A stretch of 64,000 nt of DNA from an uncultured delta proteobacterium (GCA_963767925.1 CAVYGB010000002.1:992001-1056000); one strand, 5' to 3'. Positions 1-10,717 are shown, counted from the first letter of the stretch. Notes: generated by a model not told the origin, from the sequence alone. A program made the numbers and translations.

Positions 1-33
1 GTTGAGCTCTTGCTGGGGGCGTACGGGAGGGAA

Positions 34-1659
<1,626 letters not shown>

Positions 1660-1891
1660 CAGCACCACTCTGGTGCCGATCCCCCGCCCGCGCATCGGGA
1701 TGCCAGGCAACTATCTTTCGACCCGGTGGTGGCGGCGCCCGAGGGCCGCGTGAGAAGCCGCCAGCGCCGGGGTCACCGAGCCGCCCCCGGACAGCACCAT
1801 GATCCCGGTGTCCCGGGCCCAGCCTGCCTGCCGCCGATGGTGGATCTCCCCAGCCTGGGCGATGATGGGCGCCATGATCCAGAGCGAAGGA

Positions 1892-2314
1892 ATGGCGAAG
1901 AAGACGCTGCGCTGGGTGCTCACCTTGCTGATGGTGGCGGCGGGGCTGAACCACTTCCGGATGCCGGCGGCCTACGCGGCCATGATCCCGGCGGCCCTCC
2001 CTGCTCCCCTGGCGCTGGTGTACATCTCGGGTGTGGCGGAGATCCTCGGGGGGCTGGGGTTGATCTTGCCCGCGACCCGCCGGCTGGCGGCCTGGGGGCT
2101 GGTGGCGCTCTTCGTCGCGATCTTCCCGGCCAACGTGAACATGGCGGTCAACAACCTGCCGATGGATGGCAATCCCGTCCCGACCTGGGTGCTGTGGGCC
2201 CGGCTGCCGATCCAGGCCGTGCTGGTCGCCTGGGCCTGGTGGTACACCCGTCCCGCGGTGGCGGCCGAAAGGGCCGCGCTGGTCGGGGAACGATCCGCCG
2301 CCGTCCCCCGCTGA
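1892..2314 (+). CDS. DoxX/MauE-family membrane protein
   Basis: AGLNHF, LVYISGVAEILGGLGL, FPANVNMA and WARLPIQ motifs; four hydrophobic segments. Confidence 0.85.
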   Translation: MAKKTLRWVLTLLMVAAGLNHFRMPAAYAAMIPAALPAPLALVYISGVAEILGGLGLILPATRRLAAWGLVALFVAIFPANVNMAVNNLPMDGNPVPTWVLWARLPIQAVLVAWAWWYTRPAVAAERAALVGERSAAVPR

Positions 2315-2338
2315 GCCTCCCCGGCGAGCGCCACGCCC

Positions 2339-3226
2339 GTGCACCAGGGTCCACCCCGCGGCAGCTCCGTGGATCCCGAGGCCACTGCAGCAGCGGGGCA
2401 GCCGCCGGCGATGGGCGCCGCCGGGCTGGTGGTGCTGCTGCCGGGCAACCCGGGCGAGGCGATCTTCTACCAGCTCTTCGCGGCAGCGCTCGGCGCCCGG
2501 GGGCATGCCGTGCTGGTCTGCGGGCCCCCGCTCCTGTCACCCGCGCTCGCCGCCGCCGGGCTGCTGGCCCACGCCGAGCACCACGCGACAACCGTCCGCA
2601 GCCACCTGGCCGCCCGCGGGGTGCCGATCGAGTCGGCCAGGATCGTGCTGGTCGGGCACTCGGTGGGGGCCTATTTCGCCCACCTCATCGTCGCGCACCA
2701 CCTGCTGTGTGTGCGTCGCCTGGTGATGTTGTTCCCCTTCCTCGCGCGCCCGCGTCCGAGCGGCCGGCTCCTCCTCGCCGCGGCGGCGTGGCGGCGGCTG
2801 GAGCGGCCGCTGCTGTGGCTGCTGCGGGCGTTGCCGGGCCGGGTCCTCGACCGGCTGCTGGGCGCCGGCGAGCTGGCCGCCGCCGCCCGCGCGGCCCTGC
2901 GCGACGACCGCGCCCCGGCCTGGCTGGCGCTGGCCCGCAGCGAACGCCGCGAGATCGCCGTCCGCCCCGACGCGGGTTACCTCCTCGAGCAGCCCCTGTT
3001 CCGGGACCCCGCCCGCTTCGCGGTGCTGCTGGCCCCACGCGATCGCTGGGTCTCGGCCCGCGTCGAGGCCCAGCTCGCCCCCTTCGCCCACCGCTGCCCG
3101 CCCCCCGTCACCCACGCCTTCGTGGTCGACCCCGAAGCCCGCCGCCTGGTGGTGGACCTGCTGCACGGTCTCCTGTCCACCCCACCTCCAGGCGAGCGCC
3201 CGGTGCCCGGCCCGGGCCGCGGCTGA
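2339..3226 (+). CDS. Alpha/beta hydrolase, lipid-droplet-associated hydrolase (LDAH)-like
   Basis: LPGNPG..FY..F, nucleophile elbow GHSVGAY, LFP, DRWV and HAFVV. Start is 2339 or 2411. Confidence 0.75.
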   Translation: MHQGPPRGSSVDPEATAAAGQPPAMGAAGLVVLLPGNPGEAIFYQLFAAALGARGHAVLVCGPPLLSPALAAAGLLAHAEHHATTVRSHLAARGVPIESARIVLVGHSVGAYFAHLIVAHHLLCVRRLVMLFPFLARPRPSGRLLLAAAAWRRLERPLLWLLRALPGRVLDRLLGAGELAAAARAALRDDRAPAWLALARSERREIAVRPDAGYLLEQPLFRDPARFAVLLAPRDRWVSARVEAQLAPFAHRCPPPVTHAFVVDPEARRLVVDLLHGLLSTPPPGERPVPGPGRG

Positions 3227-3283
3227 TCACCGCGCGAGCCCCGGGCACACGGGTTGGGTGCGCAGCCCGCGGGCCGACGCCGA

Positions 3284-3703
3284 TCAGGTCTTCTTGAGGT
3301 TGCTGTTGAACATCCAGTTGATGCCGTAGGCGTCGGTCAACATGCCGAAGCGGGCGCCCCAGAAGGTATCTTGAAGGGGCATGTTGACCTTGCCACCGGC
3401 GGAGAGCGCCTCGAAGCGGCGGGCCATCTCGGCGAGGTCGTCGAAGTCGAGCGTGATGTGGACCTGGTTGCCCTGGGTGAGCGGCATGTCCGGCTGGGTG
3501 TCGCTGATCATCACGACCGCCTCGCCGATACGCAGGAGCGCGTGCATCACCCGGTTCTTCGTGTCGGCCGGGCCGCCCCCCGGCTGATCGCCGAAGCGCT
3601 GGATGGATTCGGTCTTCGCGCCGAGCGCCGACTCGTAGAGCTTGATCGCCTTGTCCGCGGTGCCGCTGAAGTTCAGGTACGGGTTGAGCTGCTTGATCGC
3701 CAT
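3284..3703 (-). CDS. VOC/PhnB-family glyoxalase-like protein
   Basis: LNPYLNF, VMHALL and PLQDTFWGARFGMLTDAYGINW motifs; GAGGAG RBS. Confidence 0.92.
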   Translation of the reverse strand: MAIKQLNPYLNFSGTADKAIKLYESALGAKTESIQRFGDQPGGGPADTKNRVMHALLRIGEAVVMISDTQPDMPLTQGNQVHITLDFDDLAEMARRFEALSAGGKVNMPLQDTFWGARFGMLTDAYGINWMFNSNLKKT

Positions 3704-3809
3704 GTTGTCCCCTCCTCGGGCCCCGGTTTTACCGCGCCCCCACCCCCACCCTGTCCCTGATTTGTGGTTGTCCCCCCCTGCCCGCCGCGGGCGCGGTTGC
3801 TGGTGTTGC

Positions 3810-4223
3810 TCAGCGACCTGCGCCGGGCTCGAGGCCGGGGGACTCCTCGGTGCTGGGCGGGGGCGGGCCGGTCACGTTGACCACCAGCTCGAGGCCGCTG
3901 GCGGCGATGGCGTGGGTGGCGGCGTCGACGAAGCGCTGCGATTCTCCCGAGGGGGGCTCGGCGCAGTCGAGGCGGATCTGCACGGGCTTTCCCTGGTACT
4001 GCGGGTACTGCTGCACCAGGAAGCCGTCGAGGACGTAGCCCAGGTAGCGGTTGATCTTCTCCTCGATCTGCGCGAACTGCAGCGGGCTCGCCCCCCACGC
4101 GCGGCGCTCGATCATCACCAGCACGACCTTGCCTGACGTCGGGTCGGGGGTGATGAGGTCCATCAAGCGGGCGTTCTCCACGCCCGGCTGGCCGAACTCG
4201 GTCACCATTTGCTCGCGCGTCAT
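3810..4223 (-). CDS. DUF6572-like hypothetical protein
   Basis: Pattern GVEN..MDLIT...VVLVMIE..W...LQ..IEEKINRYLGYVLDG..QQYP. Confidence 0.65.
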   Translation of the reverse strand: MTREQMVTEFGQPGVENARLMDLITPDPTSGKVVLVMIERRAWGASPLQFAQIEEKINRYLGYVLDGFLVQQYPQYQGKPVQIRLDCAEPPSGESQRFVDAATHAIAASGLELVVNVTGPPPPSTEESPGLEPGAGR

Positions 4224-4354
4224 GCGGGACACGGGCGAAAGCTTAACACCGCCGGAGACGTGGGGGTCCAGCGGGGTTCGTATCGCGCGCGACCGACCCG
4301 CTGGACAGCGGCGGCGCGACGGGCCAGCTTCAGGGGCGAAGGGCAAGCAGGCCG

Positions 4355-6031
4355 ATGAAAGGTGGGGAGCCGACTGGCGCGGACGTGGGGACCGATCCCG
4401 GTGCGGGGGACCTCGCGCGCGGGCGGGCGCACTACCGGGCGCGGGCCTGGGCCAGCGCCCACGACGCGTTCGCGCGCGCCGATCGTCTGGCCCCGCTGGC
4501 GGCCGAGGATCTGGAGCGGCTGGCGCTGGCGGCGTATCTGGTCGGGCGGGACGCGGACTACTTGCAGGTGCTCGAGCGGGCGCATCAGGCGCACCTGGCG
4601 GCCGGGTCCCGTGCGCCGGCGGCCCGGGCGGCTTTCTGGCTGGGGCTGCGGCTGCTGTTTCGCGGAGAGGCCAGCGGGGCCAACGGCTGGCTGGGGCGGG
4701 GCGAGCGCCTGCTCGACCGGGAGCAAGGCGACTGCGCCGAGCGCGGGTACCTGACGTTGCTGATCGCCCAGCAGCGGGCGCTGGAGGGCGACCTGGACGC
4801 CGCCTACGCCAGCGCGGCCGCCGCGACGGCCGCGGGGGAGCGCTTCGGCGAGGCGGACCTGGTGGCGGCGGCCCTGCATCTGCAGGGGCGGGTGCGGCTG
4901 CAGCAGGGGCAGGTCGGCGCGGGCCTGTCCTTCCTCGACGAGGCCATGGTGGGGGTGGTCGGGGGTGAGCTGTCGCCGCTGATGGCCGGCCTGGTCTATT
5001 GCAGCGCCATCGAAGGGTGCCGGGAGGTCTTCGCGCTCGACCGCGCCCGCGAGTGGACCGCCGCCCTGGGGCGCTGGTGCGGCGAGCAGCCCGAGATGGT
5101 CGCCTTCGTGGGCGTGTGCCAGGTGCACCGCGCGGAGATCCTGCAGCTCAACGGCGCCTGGTCGGACGCGCTCGCGGAGGCGCAGCGGGCCTGCGCGCGC
5201 TGCCTGGGCATCAACCGGCTGGCGGCGGCGGCCGCCCTTTATCAGCAGGCGGAGGTTCACCGGCTGCGCGGTGAGCTCCTGGCGGCCGAGGCGGCGTACC
5301 GGGACGCCAGCCAGTGGGGCTGGGATCCGCAGCCGGGGCTGGCGCTGCTGCGGCTGGCCCAGGGGCAGTCGGCGGCAGCGGCGGCGGCGATCCGGAGGGC
5401 GGTCGGCGAGGCGACGCCGCCCGCGCAGCGGACCGTGCTGCTGACGGCCCAGGTGGAGATCCTGCTGGCGACCGGTGAGACCGGCGAGGCGCGCACGGCG
5501 GCCGGCGTACTCGCGGCGATCGCGGCGGGCTTCGGCTCGCGCGTACCGGGGGCGCTGGCGGATCAGGCGCTGGGCGCCGTCGAGCTCGCCGAAGGCAACA
5601 CCGCCGGGGCGGCGGCGCTGTTGCGGCGGGCCTGGCAGGTCTGGCAGGAGCTGGACGCGCCCTACCCGGCAGCGCGGGCGCGGGTGCTGCTCGGGCAATG
5701 CCACCGCGCCCAGGGAGATCGGGACGGGGCCGACCTGGAGGAGCGGGCGGCCCGCGCCGTGTTCGACGCCCTGGGGGCGACGCCCGACCTCACCCGGCTC
5801 GCCGCCGCCGGCCGCGACGAGAGCGCCCCCCGCCGCCCCCACGGCTTGACCCCGCGCGAGCTGGAGGTCCTCCGTCAGGTCGCCACCGGAAAGAGCAACA
5901 AGGACATCGCCAGCGCCCTGTTCCTCAGCGAACGGACCATCGAGCGGCACGTGAGCAACATCTTCCGCAAGCTCGACGTCCCCTCCCGCGCCGCCGCCAC
6001 CGCCCACGCTTATCGGCACGCGCTGGTTTGA
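4355..6031 (+). CDS. Large LuxR-family transcriptional regulator with TPR-like N-terminus
   Basis: C-terminal HTH GLTPRELEVLRQVATGKSNKDIASALFLSERTIERHVSNIFRKL. Confidence 0.92.
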   Translation: MKGGEPTGADVGTDPGAGDLARGRAHYRARAWASAHDAFARADRLAPLAAEDLERLALAAYLVGRDADYLQVLERAHQAHLAAGSRAPAARAAFWLGLRLLFRGEASGANGWLGRGERLLDREQGDCAERGYLTLLIAQQRALEGDLDAAYASAAAATAAGERFGEADLVAAALHLQGRVRLQQGQVGAGLSFLDEAMVGVVGGELSPLMAGLVYCSAIEGCREVFALDRAREWTAALGRWCGEQPEMVAFVGVCQVHRAEILQLNGAWSDALAEAQRACARCLGINRLAAAAALYQQAEVHRLRGELLAAEAAYRDASQWGWDPQPGLALLRLAQGQSAAAAAAIRRAVGEATPPAQRTVLLTAQVEILLATGETGEARTAAGVLAAIAAGFGSRVPGALADQALGAVELAEGNTAGAAALLRRAWQVWQELDAPYPAARARVLLGQCHRAQGDRDGADLEERAARAVFDALGATPDLTRLAAAGRDESAPRRPHGLTPRELEVLRQVATGKSNKDIASALFLSERTIERHVSNIFRKLDVPSRAAATAHAYRHALV

Positions 6032-6099
6032 GCGCGGAGGGGACGGTACTCACGCGGACAGGGTGAACGTTCCTCGTTCCTCGTGTCCGTTCCGTATCC

Positions 6100-6331
6100 G
6101 TGCACGAGCACGTGCACGTGCACGTGGACGTGCACGTGATCCGTGCACGTCCGACCGTGGACGTGCACGTGATCCGTGCACGTCCGACCGTGGACGTGGA
6201 CGTGGACGTGGACGTGGACGTGGACGTGGACGTGGACGTGGACGTGGACGTGGACGTGGACGTGGACGTGGACGTGGACGTGACGTGACGTGACGTGACG
6301 TGACGTGACGTGACGTGACGTGACGTGACGT
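6100..6331. repeat. Compound microsatellite: GTGCAC-rich 33-bp duplication, then (GTGGAC)15 and (GTGAC)10
   Basis: 33-bp unit at 6123-6155 and 6156-6188; GTGGAC x15 at 6190-6279; GTGAC x10 at 6280-6329. Confidence 0.95.
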
Positions 6332-6375
6332 CGGGCGAGCCGAACACGAACACTGGGGGCCCTCGCCATTAACTC

Positions 6376-6426
6376 TGAGTGAAAACACCCACGGCGGCCG
6401 TCCCGCAAATTGGGTGGTTCCTCCGA
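6376..6426 (+). promoter_or_regulatory. Candidate operator: two related 16-bp boxes upstream of the hydrolase-monooxygenase gene
   Basis: TGAGTG-AAAA-CACCCA (6376-6391, imperfect palindrome) and TGGGTG-GTTC-CTCCGA (6411-6426), next to a LuxR gene. Confidence 0.4.
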
Positions 6427-6477
6427 CGCGCCGCCCCGGCGCGCCCTCTACGCTTGCGAGCAAGAAGGAGGGACACC

Positions 6478-8682
6478 ATGACGACCTCGAAACACGCGCC
6501 GGCGGGAACGACCCAGACGCCCGGGCCGCGCGAGAAGCTGTTGCAGACGCTGGCGGTGCGGGAGCGGCGCCTGACCCTGGCGGGGATCTCGACCGCCGTG
6601 CTCGAAGGGGGGGAGGGGCCGGCGGTGGTCCTCCTCCACGGGCCCGGGGCTAACGCGACCCACTGGATGCGGATCATTCCGGCCCTCCTCGGACAGCACC
6701 GGGTTGTCGCGCCCGATCTGCCGGGCCACGGCGCCTCCGGGGCCGACGTGCCGCTGGATGCCGCCCGGGTGCTGGCCTGGCTCGACGAGCTGATCGAGCA
6801 GACCTGCGGGCCCCGGCCGGCCCTGGTGGGGCAGCTCCTCGGCGGGGCGCTCGCCGCCCGCTTCGCCATCGCGCGGCCCGATCGCATCGGTGCGCTCGTC
6901 CTGATCGACAGCTTCGGTCTGACCGACTTTCACCCGGCTCCTGCGTTCGGGGCGGCGTTGAGCGCCTTCTTCGCCGACCCGACCGGGGCGACCCACGACG
7001 CCCTCTGGGGGCAATGTGCCCACGACCTGCCCGCCCTGCGCGGAGCCATGGGTCCGCTCTGGCCGCCGTTCGCGGCCTACAACGTCGACCGTGCCCGCGC
7101 GCCGGCGGTGACCGCGGCCGTGGCCACGCTGATGGGCGAGCTGGGCGCGCGGGCCATCCCGGCCGCCGACCTGGCGCGGATCACGGCGCCCACCACCTTG
7201 ATCTGGGGGCGCCACGACCGGGCGACGCCGCTCGCGGTCGCCGAGGCGGCGAGCGCCCGGCACGGCTGGCCCCTGCACGTGATCGAGCGCTGCAACGACG
7301 ACCCCCCGGTCGAGCAGCCCGAGGCCCTTTGCCGCCTGCTCGTCGCCGCCCTGGCGGGGGACCGCCGCCCGGAGCCGAGCCCACCCCGGCGCGCGCGCGA
7401 GCAGGTGCACACGCTGATCATCGGCGCGGGGCAAGCGGGCCTCGCCACCAGCTACTGGCTGCAGCGAGCCGGCATCGAGCACCTGCTGGTCGACCGCCGG
7501 CCGCACCTGGGCGGCGCCTGGCACGACCGCTGGGACAGCTTCACCCTCGTCGCGCCGAACTACACCCTGCGCCTACCTGGCATGCCCTACGCGGGACCGG
7601 ACCCCGACGGGTTCATGCCGCGCGAGCAGGTGGTGGGCTACGTGCAGGACTACGCCGCCTTCATCGGCGCGCCGGTGCGCCTCGGGACGGGCATCGACCG
7701 CCTCTCCGCCGCCGAGGGCCACTTCGAAGCCCGCAGCGCGGGGACGACCTTCCAGGCCGAAAACGTCGTGCTCGCCACCGGACCTTACCAGCGGCCGCGC
7801 ATCCCCGACATCGCCCGCGCCCTGCCCGCCCACATCCAGCAGCTCCACGCGCACGACTACCGGCGGCCCGGGCAGCTCGCCGCGGGGGCGGTGCTCGTGG
7901 TCGGCACCGGCCAGTCGGGCACCCAGATCGCCGAGGAGCTCCTGCAGGCCGGGCGCGACGTGCACCTGGCCGTGTCGATGTGCCCCCGCGCGCCCCGCCG
8001 CTACCGCGGCCGCGACTGCATCTGGTGGCTGCTGCAGTCGTTCCTCCACGGCGCCGAGGTCGGGGTGAAGTTCCCCACCGTGGAAGACCTGCCCAGCCCC
8101 GCCGCCCGCTTCGGCTGCAACCCGCACCTCACAGGCAAAGACGGCGGCCACGACCTCGACCTGCGCCAGCTCGCGCGCCGGGGCGTGCACCTCCACGGGT
8201 ACCTGGACGCGATCAGCGGGACGGCCGTCCGCTTCAGCGCCGACCTCGCCGAACGCCTGCGCTTCGCCGACACGATGTTCGACGAGGAGTTCCGCCCGCT
8301 GTTCGACGCGTACATCGCCGCCGCCGGCATCGAGGCCCCACCCGACGATCGCCCCCCGCCCGACACCTTCACCCCCGCCACCGCCACCGAGCTCGACCTC
8401 GACCGGGCCGGCGTGCGCAGCGTGATCTGGGCGACCGGCTACCGCCTCGACTTCGGCTGGGTCGATCTGCCGGTGCTGGACGCCTGGGGCTACCCCCGCC
8501 ACCACCGGGGCGTGACGACCCACCCCGGCCTCTACGCCATCGGCCTGCCCTGGCTACACTCCGAGCCCTCCTCGGTCTTCGCCGGGGTCGGGGCCGACGC
8601 CGCCCACATCGTCGAGCACCTCGCCCGCCACCGGCGGGTCAGCGCAACAGGACCGGAAGGAAGATCGCGCCGACCAGCATGA
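6478..8682 (+). CDS. Fusion of an alpha/beta-hydrolase-fold domain and a flavin-containing monooxygenase (NAD(P)/FAD oxidoreductase)
   Basis: N-terminal VVLLHGPG, VAPDLPGHG and TLIWGRHD; C-terminal IIGAGQAGL, GGAW..RWDS, VLATG, VLVVGTGQSG and VIWATGY. AAGGAG RBS before ATG 6478. Confidence 0.9.
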   Translation: MTTSKHAPAGTTQTPGPREKLLQTLAVRERRLTLAGISTAVLEGGEGPAVVLLHGPGANATHWMRIIPALLGQHRVVAPDLPGHGASGADVPLDAARVLAWLDELIEQTCGPRPALVGQLLGGALAARFAIARPDRIGALVLIDSFGLTDFHPAPAFGAALSAFFADPTGATHDALWGQCAHDLPALRGAMGPLWPPFAAYNVDRARAPAVTAAVATLMGELGARAIPAADLARITAPTTLIWGRHDRATPLAVAEAASARHGWPLHVIERCNDDPPVEQPEALCRLLVAALAGDRRPEPSPPRRAREQVHTLIIGAGQAGLATSYWLQRAGIEHLLVDRRPHLGGAWHDRWDSFTLVAPNYTLRLPGMPYAGPDPDGFMPREQVVGYVQDYAAFIGAPVRLGTGIDRLSAAEGHFEARSAGTTFQAENVVLATGPYQRPRIPDIARALPAHIQQLHAHDYRRPGQLAAGAVLVVGTGQSGTQIAEELLQAGRDVHLAVSMCPRAPRRYRGRDCIWWLLQSFLHGAEVGVKFPTVEDLPSPAARFGCNPHLTGKDGGHDLDLRQLARRGVHLHGYLDAISGTAVRFSADLAERLRFADTMFDEEFRPLFDAYIAAAGIEAPPDDRPPPDTFTPATATELDLDRAGVRSVIWATGYRLDFGWVDLPVLDAWGYPRHHRGVTTHPGLYAIGLPWLHSEPSSVFAGVGADAAHIVEHLARHRRVSATGPEGRSRRPA

Positions 8683-8755
8683 GGGCGACGACCGCGAGGA
8701 CCACCTGGCCACCTCGCCGTTTGCGGACCGTTCGTTTCCTGGTGATCGACTTCAT
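8639..8755 (-). CDS. Small 38-aa single-pass membrane peptide, absent from the ORF track
   Basis: MKSITRKRTVRKRRGGQVVLAVVALMLVGAIFLPVLLR*, preceded by AGGAGG-N8-ATG. Confidence 0.6.
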   Translation of the reverse strand: MKSITRKRTVRKRRGGQVVLAVVALMLVGAIFLPVLLR

Positions 8756-8858
8756 CGGGACCACCTCCTGCGGCCCAGTCTAGAACCGCCGCCCCCGCTG
8801 TGCCAGGCCGGCCCGGGGGCGGCGCGTCGAGCCACCACCGCTGCTTCGAAGACGGTGC

Positions 8859-9749
8859 CTAGAGCTCGGTGGCCTCGATGCGGCGGTTCTTCTGGCGGCC
8901 CTCGTCGGTGTCGTTGGGCGCGATGGGGCGCTCGTCGCCGCGGCCGACCGGCTGGATGCGGCCACCGTCGATGCCCTTCGAGATCAGGTAGGCCCGGCAG
9001 GCCTGCGCGCGCCTCTCCGACAGCGCCTTGTTGATCTTCGGATTGCCGACGTTGTCGGTGTGCCCGGAGATCTCGATCCGCGCGCCGGGCTTGTGGGTCA
9101 TGTATTCGACGACGCTGTCGAGCCGGGCGAACGACTCGGCGCGGATGGAGGCCTTGCCGGTGTCGAAGGTGACCCCGCTGAGCACGAAGCCCGGGGTGGG
9201 TGGCGCGTCCGGGGTGGCCGGCGGCAGCGGCAGGTGGCGCTTGTAGCGCAGGGTCAGGCGGATGTTTTGCTTCGGCTCGTCGCTGACCGTCACGCTGGCG
9301 GCGATGTCCCGGCGCCCGAGGCTCAGGTAGACGAGGTCGTACTTCTGCCCCACCGGGACCAGCACCTCGGCGCGACCGTCGAGGTCCGTCTCGGCGGTGT
9401 AGTACTTCTTGCCGTCGGGCGCGGTCAGGGAGATCACGATCCCCTCGACGGGACCCTTGTCCTTGTCGATCACGACCAGCCGCACCGCCGCCTCGGTCGC
9501 GGTCGGCGTGATCTTCGAGGGCGCCGGCTCCTCCCCGTCGCGAGCCGGCTTCGAGTCGCGGAGCACGAACGCGCCCGCCTCCCCGGAGGCGCCCTCGCCG
9601 GCGGCCGGCTTGGCGCCAGCAGCAGCGGCAGGTGCGGCCGGTGCGGCAGGTGCCCCCGCCGTCTCCACCGCCGGCGACTTGACCCGCTGACTCCCTCCGC
9701 AACCAACCAGGAACACCGTCGCGATCGCGATCCGCACAAGCCGACCCAT
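8859..9749 (-). CDS. OmpA-family peptidoglycan-binding lipoprotein
   Basis: Lipobox FLVGC; OmpA motifs VTFDTGK, IEISGHTD, LSERRA and NRRIE. Confidence 0.92.
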   Translation of the reverse strand: MGRLVRIAIATVFLVGCGGSQRVKSPAVETAGAPAAPAAPAAAAGAKPAAGEGASGEAGAFVLRDSKPARDGEEPAPSKITPTATEAAVRLVVIDKDKGPVEGIVISLTAPDGKKYYTAETDLDGRAEVLVPVGQKYDLVYLSLGRRDIAASVTVSDEPKQNIRLTLRYKRHLPLPPATPDAPPTPGFVLSGVTFDTGKASIRAESFARLDSVVEYMTHKPGARIEISGHTDNVGNPKINKALSERRAQACRAYLISKGIDGGRIQPVGRGDERPIAPNDTDEGRQKNRRIEATEL

Positions 9750-9880
9750 GGCACGCTCCGTCGTCAGGAAACCGTCCCTTCGACCGTACCACACCGCCGG
9801 CTCCCCGGGCCTCCGACGGCCCCACCCGCCCCATGCCCACACCGACATGCAACCGCCCCGGCCCACACCGCCCTTCAATC

Positions 9881-10024
9881 GAGTGGGATCGCCGAGTGGG
9901 ATCGCCGAGTGGGATCGCCGAGTGGGATCGCCGAGTGGGATCGCCGAGTGGGATCGCCGAGTGGGATCGCCGAGTGGGATCGCCGAGTGGGATCGCCGAG
10001 CTGGATCGCCGAGCTGGATCGGGC
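9881..10024. repeat. 13-bp tandem repeat (GAGTGGGATCGCC)9 plus degenerate copies
   Basis: Nine perfect units at 9881-9997, then GAGCTGGATCGCC variants. Confidence 0.95.
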
Positions 10025-10033
10025 CGGATCGGG

Positions 10034-10519
10034 TCAGGCCGAGGTGGCGTCGGGATCGGGGTCGGGCGAGGAGAAGGTGAAGATGGTGACCGGGGCGGGG
10101 GCGCCGCCCAGGGCCCGGTAGAAGTCGAGGGCGTGGAGGTCCTCGTTGTCCGCGGGGACGAACAGGTCGTGGATGCCGGCCGCCGCCGCTTGCTCACGCA
10201 GGGCTGCGATCAGCCGCCGGCCGATGCCCGCCCGGCGGTGGTCGGCGCTGACGGCGAGGTCGTAGATGAAGAGCTCGCAGGCCTCGGCCCGCGTCATCAG
10301 CAGGGTGTGGGCGGTGACGCCACCGACAATCTCGCTGCCCAGGAAGGCGGCGATGACCCAGAAGTCGGTCCGGGCCAGGAGCCGGTCGAGGTAAGCGTCC
10401 CCCAGCGGCTCGCCGGGCTCCTCGAACACCTCGGCCATCAGCAGAAACAGGCGCCGGGCGACGTCCCGATCGGCGGCGGTCAACCGCTGCGTCCGCACCT
10501 CTTTCGTCCCGTCGTTCAT
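10034..10519 (-). CDS. GNAT N-acetyltransferase, AAC(3)-I-like
   Basis: YLDRLL, IVGGVTAH, ELFIYDLAV..HRRAGIG, FVPADNED..ALDFY. Confidence 0.85.
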   Translation of the reverse strand: MNDGTKEVRTQRLTAADRDVARRLFLLMAEVFEEPGEPLGDAYLDRLLARTDFWVIAAFLGSEIVGGVTAHTLLMTRAEACELFIYDLAVSADHRRAGIGRRLIAALREQAAAAGIHDLFVPADNEDLHALDFYRALGGAPAPVTIFTFSSPDPDPDATSA

Positions 10520-10575
10520 CTCCGCCAGCGCTCCCTCGGCCGGAGTGTACCAGAGGGCGCGCCCGCGGATGGGCG

Positions 10576-10656
10576 TCAGCGCGGAAGCACGGCGCCGCCG
10601 GCGACGTCGAGGATCACCCCCGTGATCCAGGCGGAGGCGTCGGCGGCGAGGAACAG
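10576..10656 (-). pseudogene. Isolated 3' remnant of an SDR oxidoreductase gene
   Basis: Minus strand reads LFLAADASAWITGVILDVAGGAVLPR*, a typical SDR C-terminus. The rest of the gene is absent. Confidence 0.7.
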
Positions 10657-10717
10657 CGGCGCGGGCAAAGCGCCCGCCAGATTGTCCAGGTATCGAGGGT
10701 CGCCACGGTCCAGACCT

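Noticed and set aside
5925..6463. ORFs encoding (HV)n, (RP)n, (ST)n or (VD)n proteins
   Set aside because: These are stop-free translations of the microsatellite in several frames, with no RBS or domain.
9881..10024. CRISPR or iteron array
   Set aside because: Contiguous 13-bp units without spacers; no rep or cas gene nearby.
10034..10519. Acquired aminoglycoside resistance cassette
   Set aside because: AAC(3)-I-like motifs are present, but GC is host-like and there is no attC or integrase; substrate is unproven.
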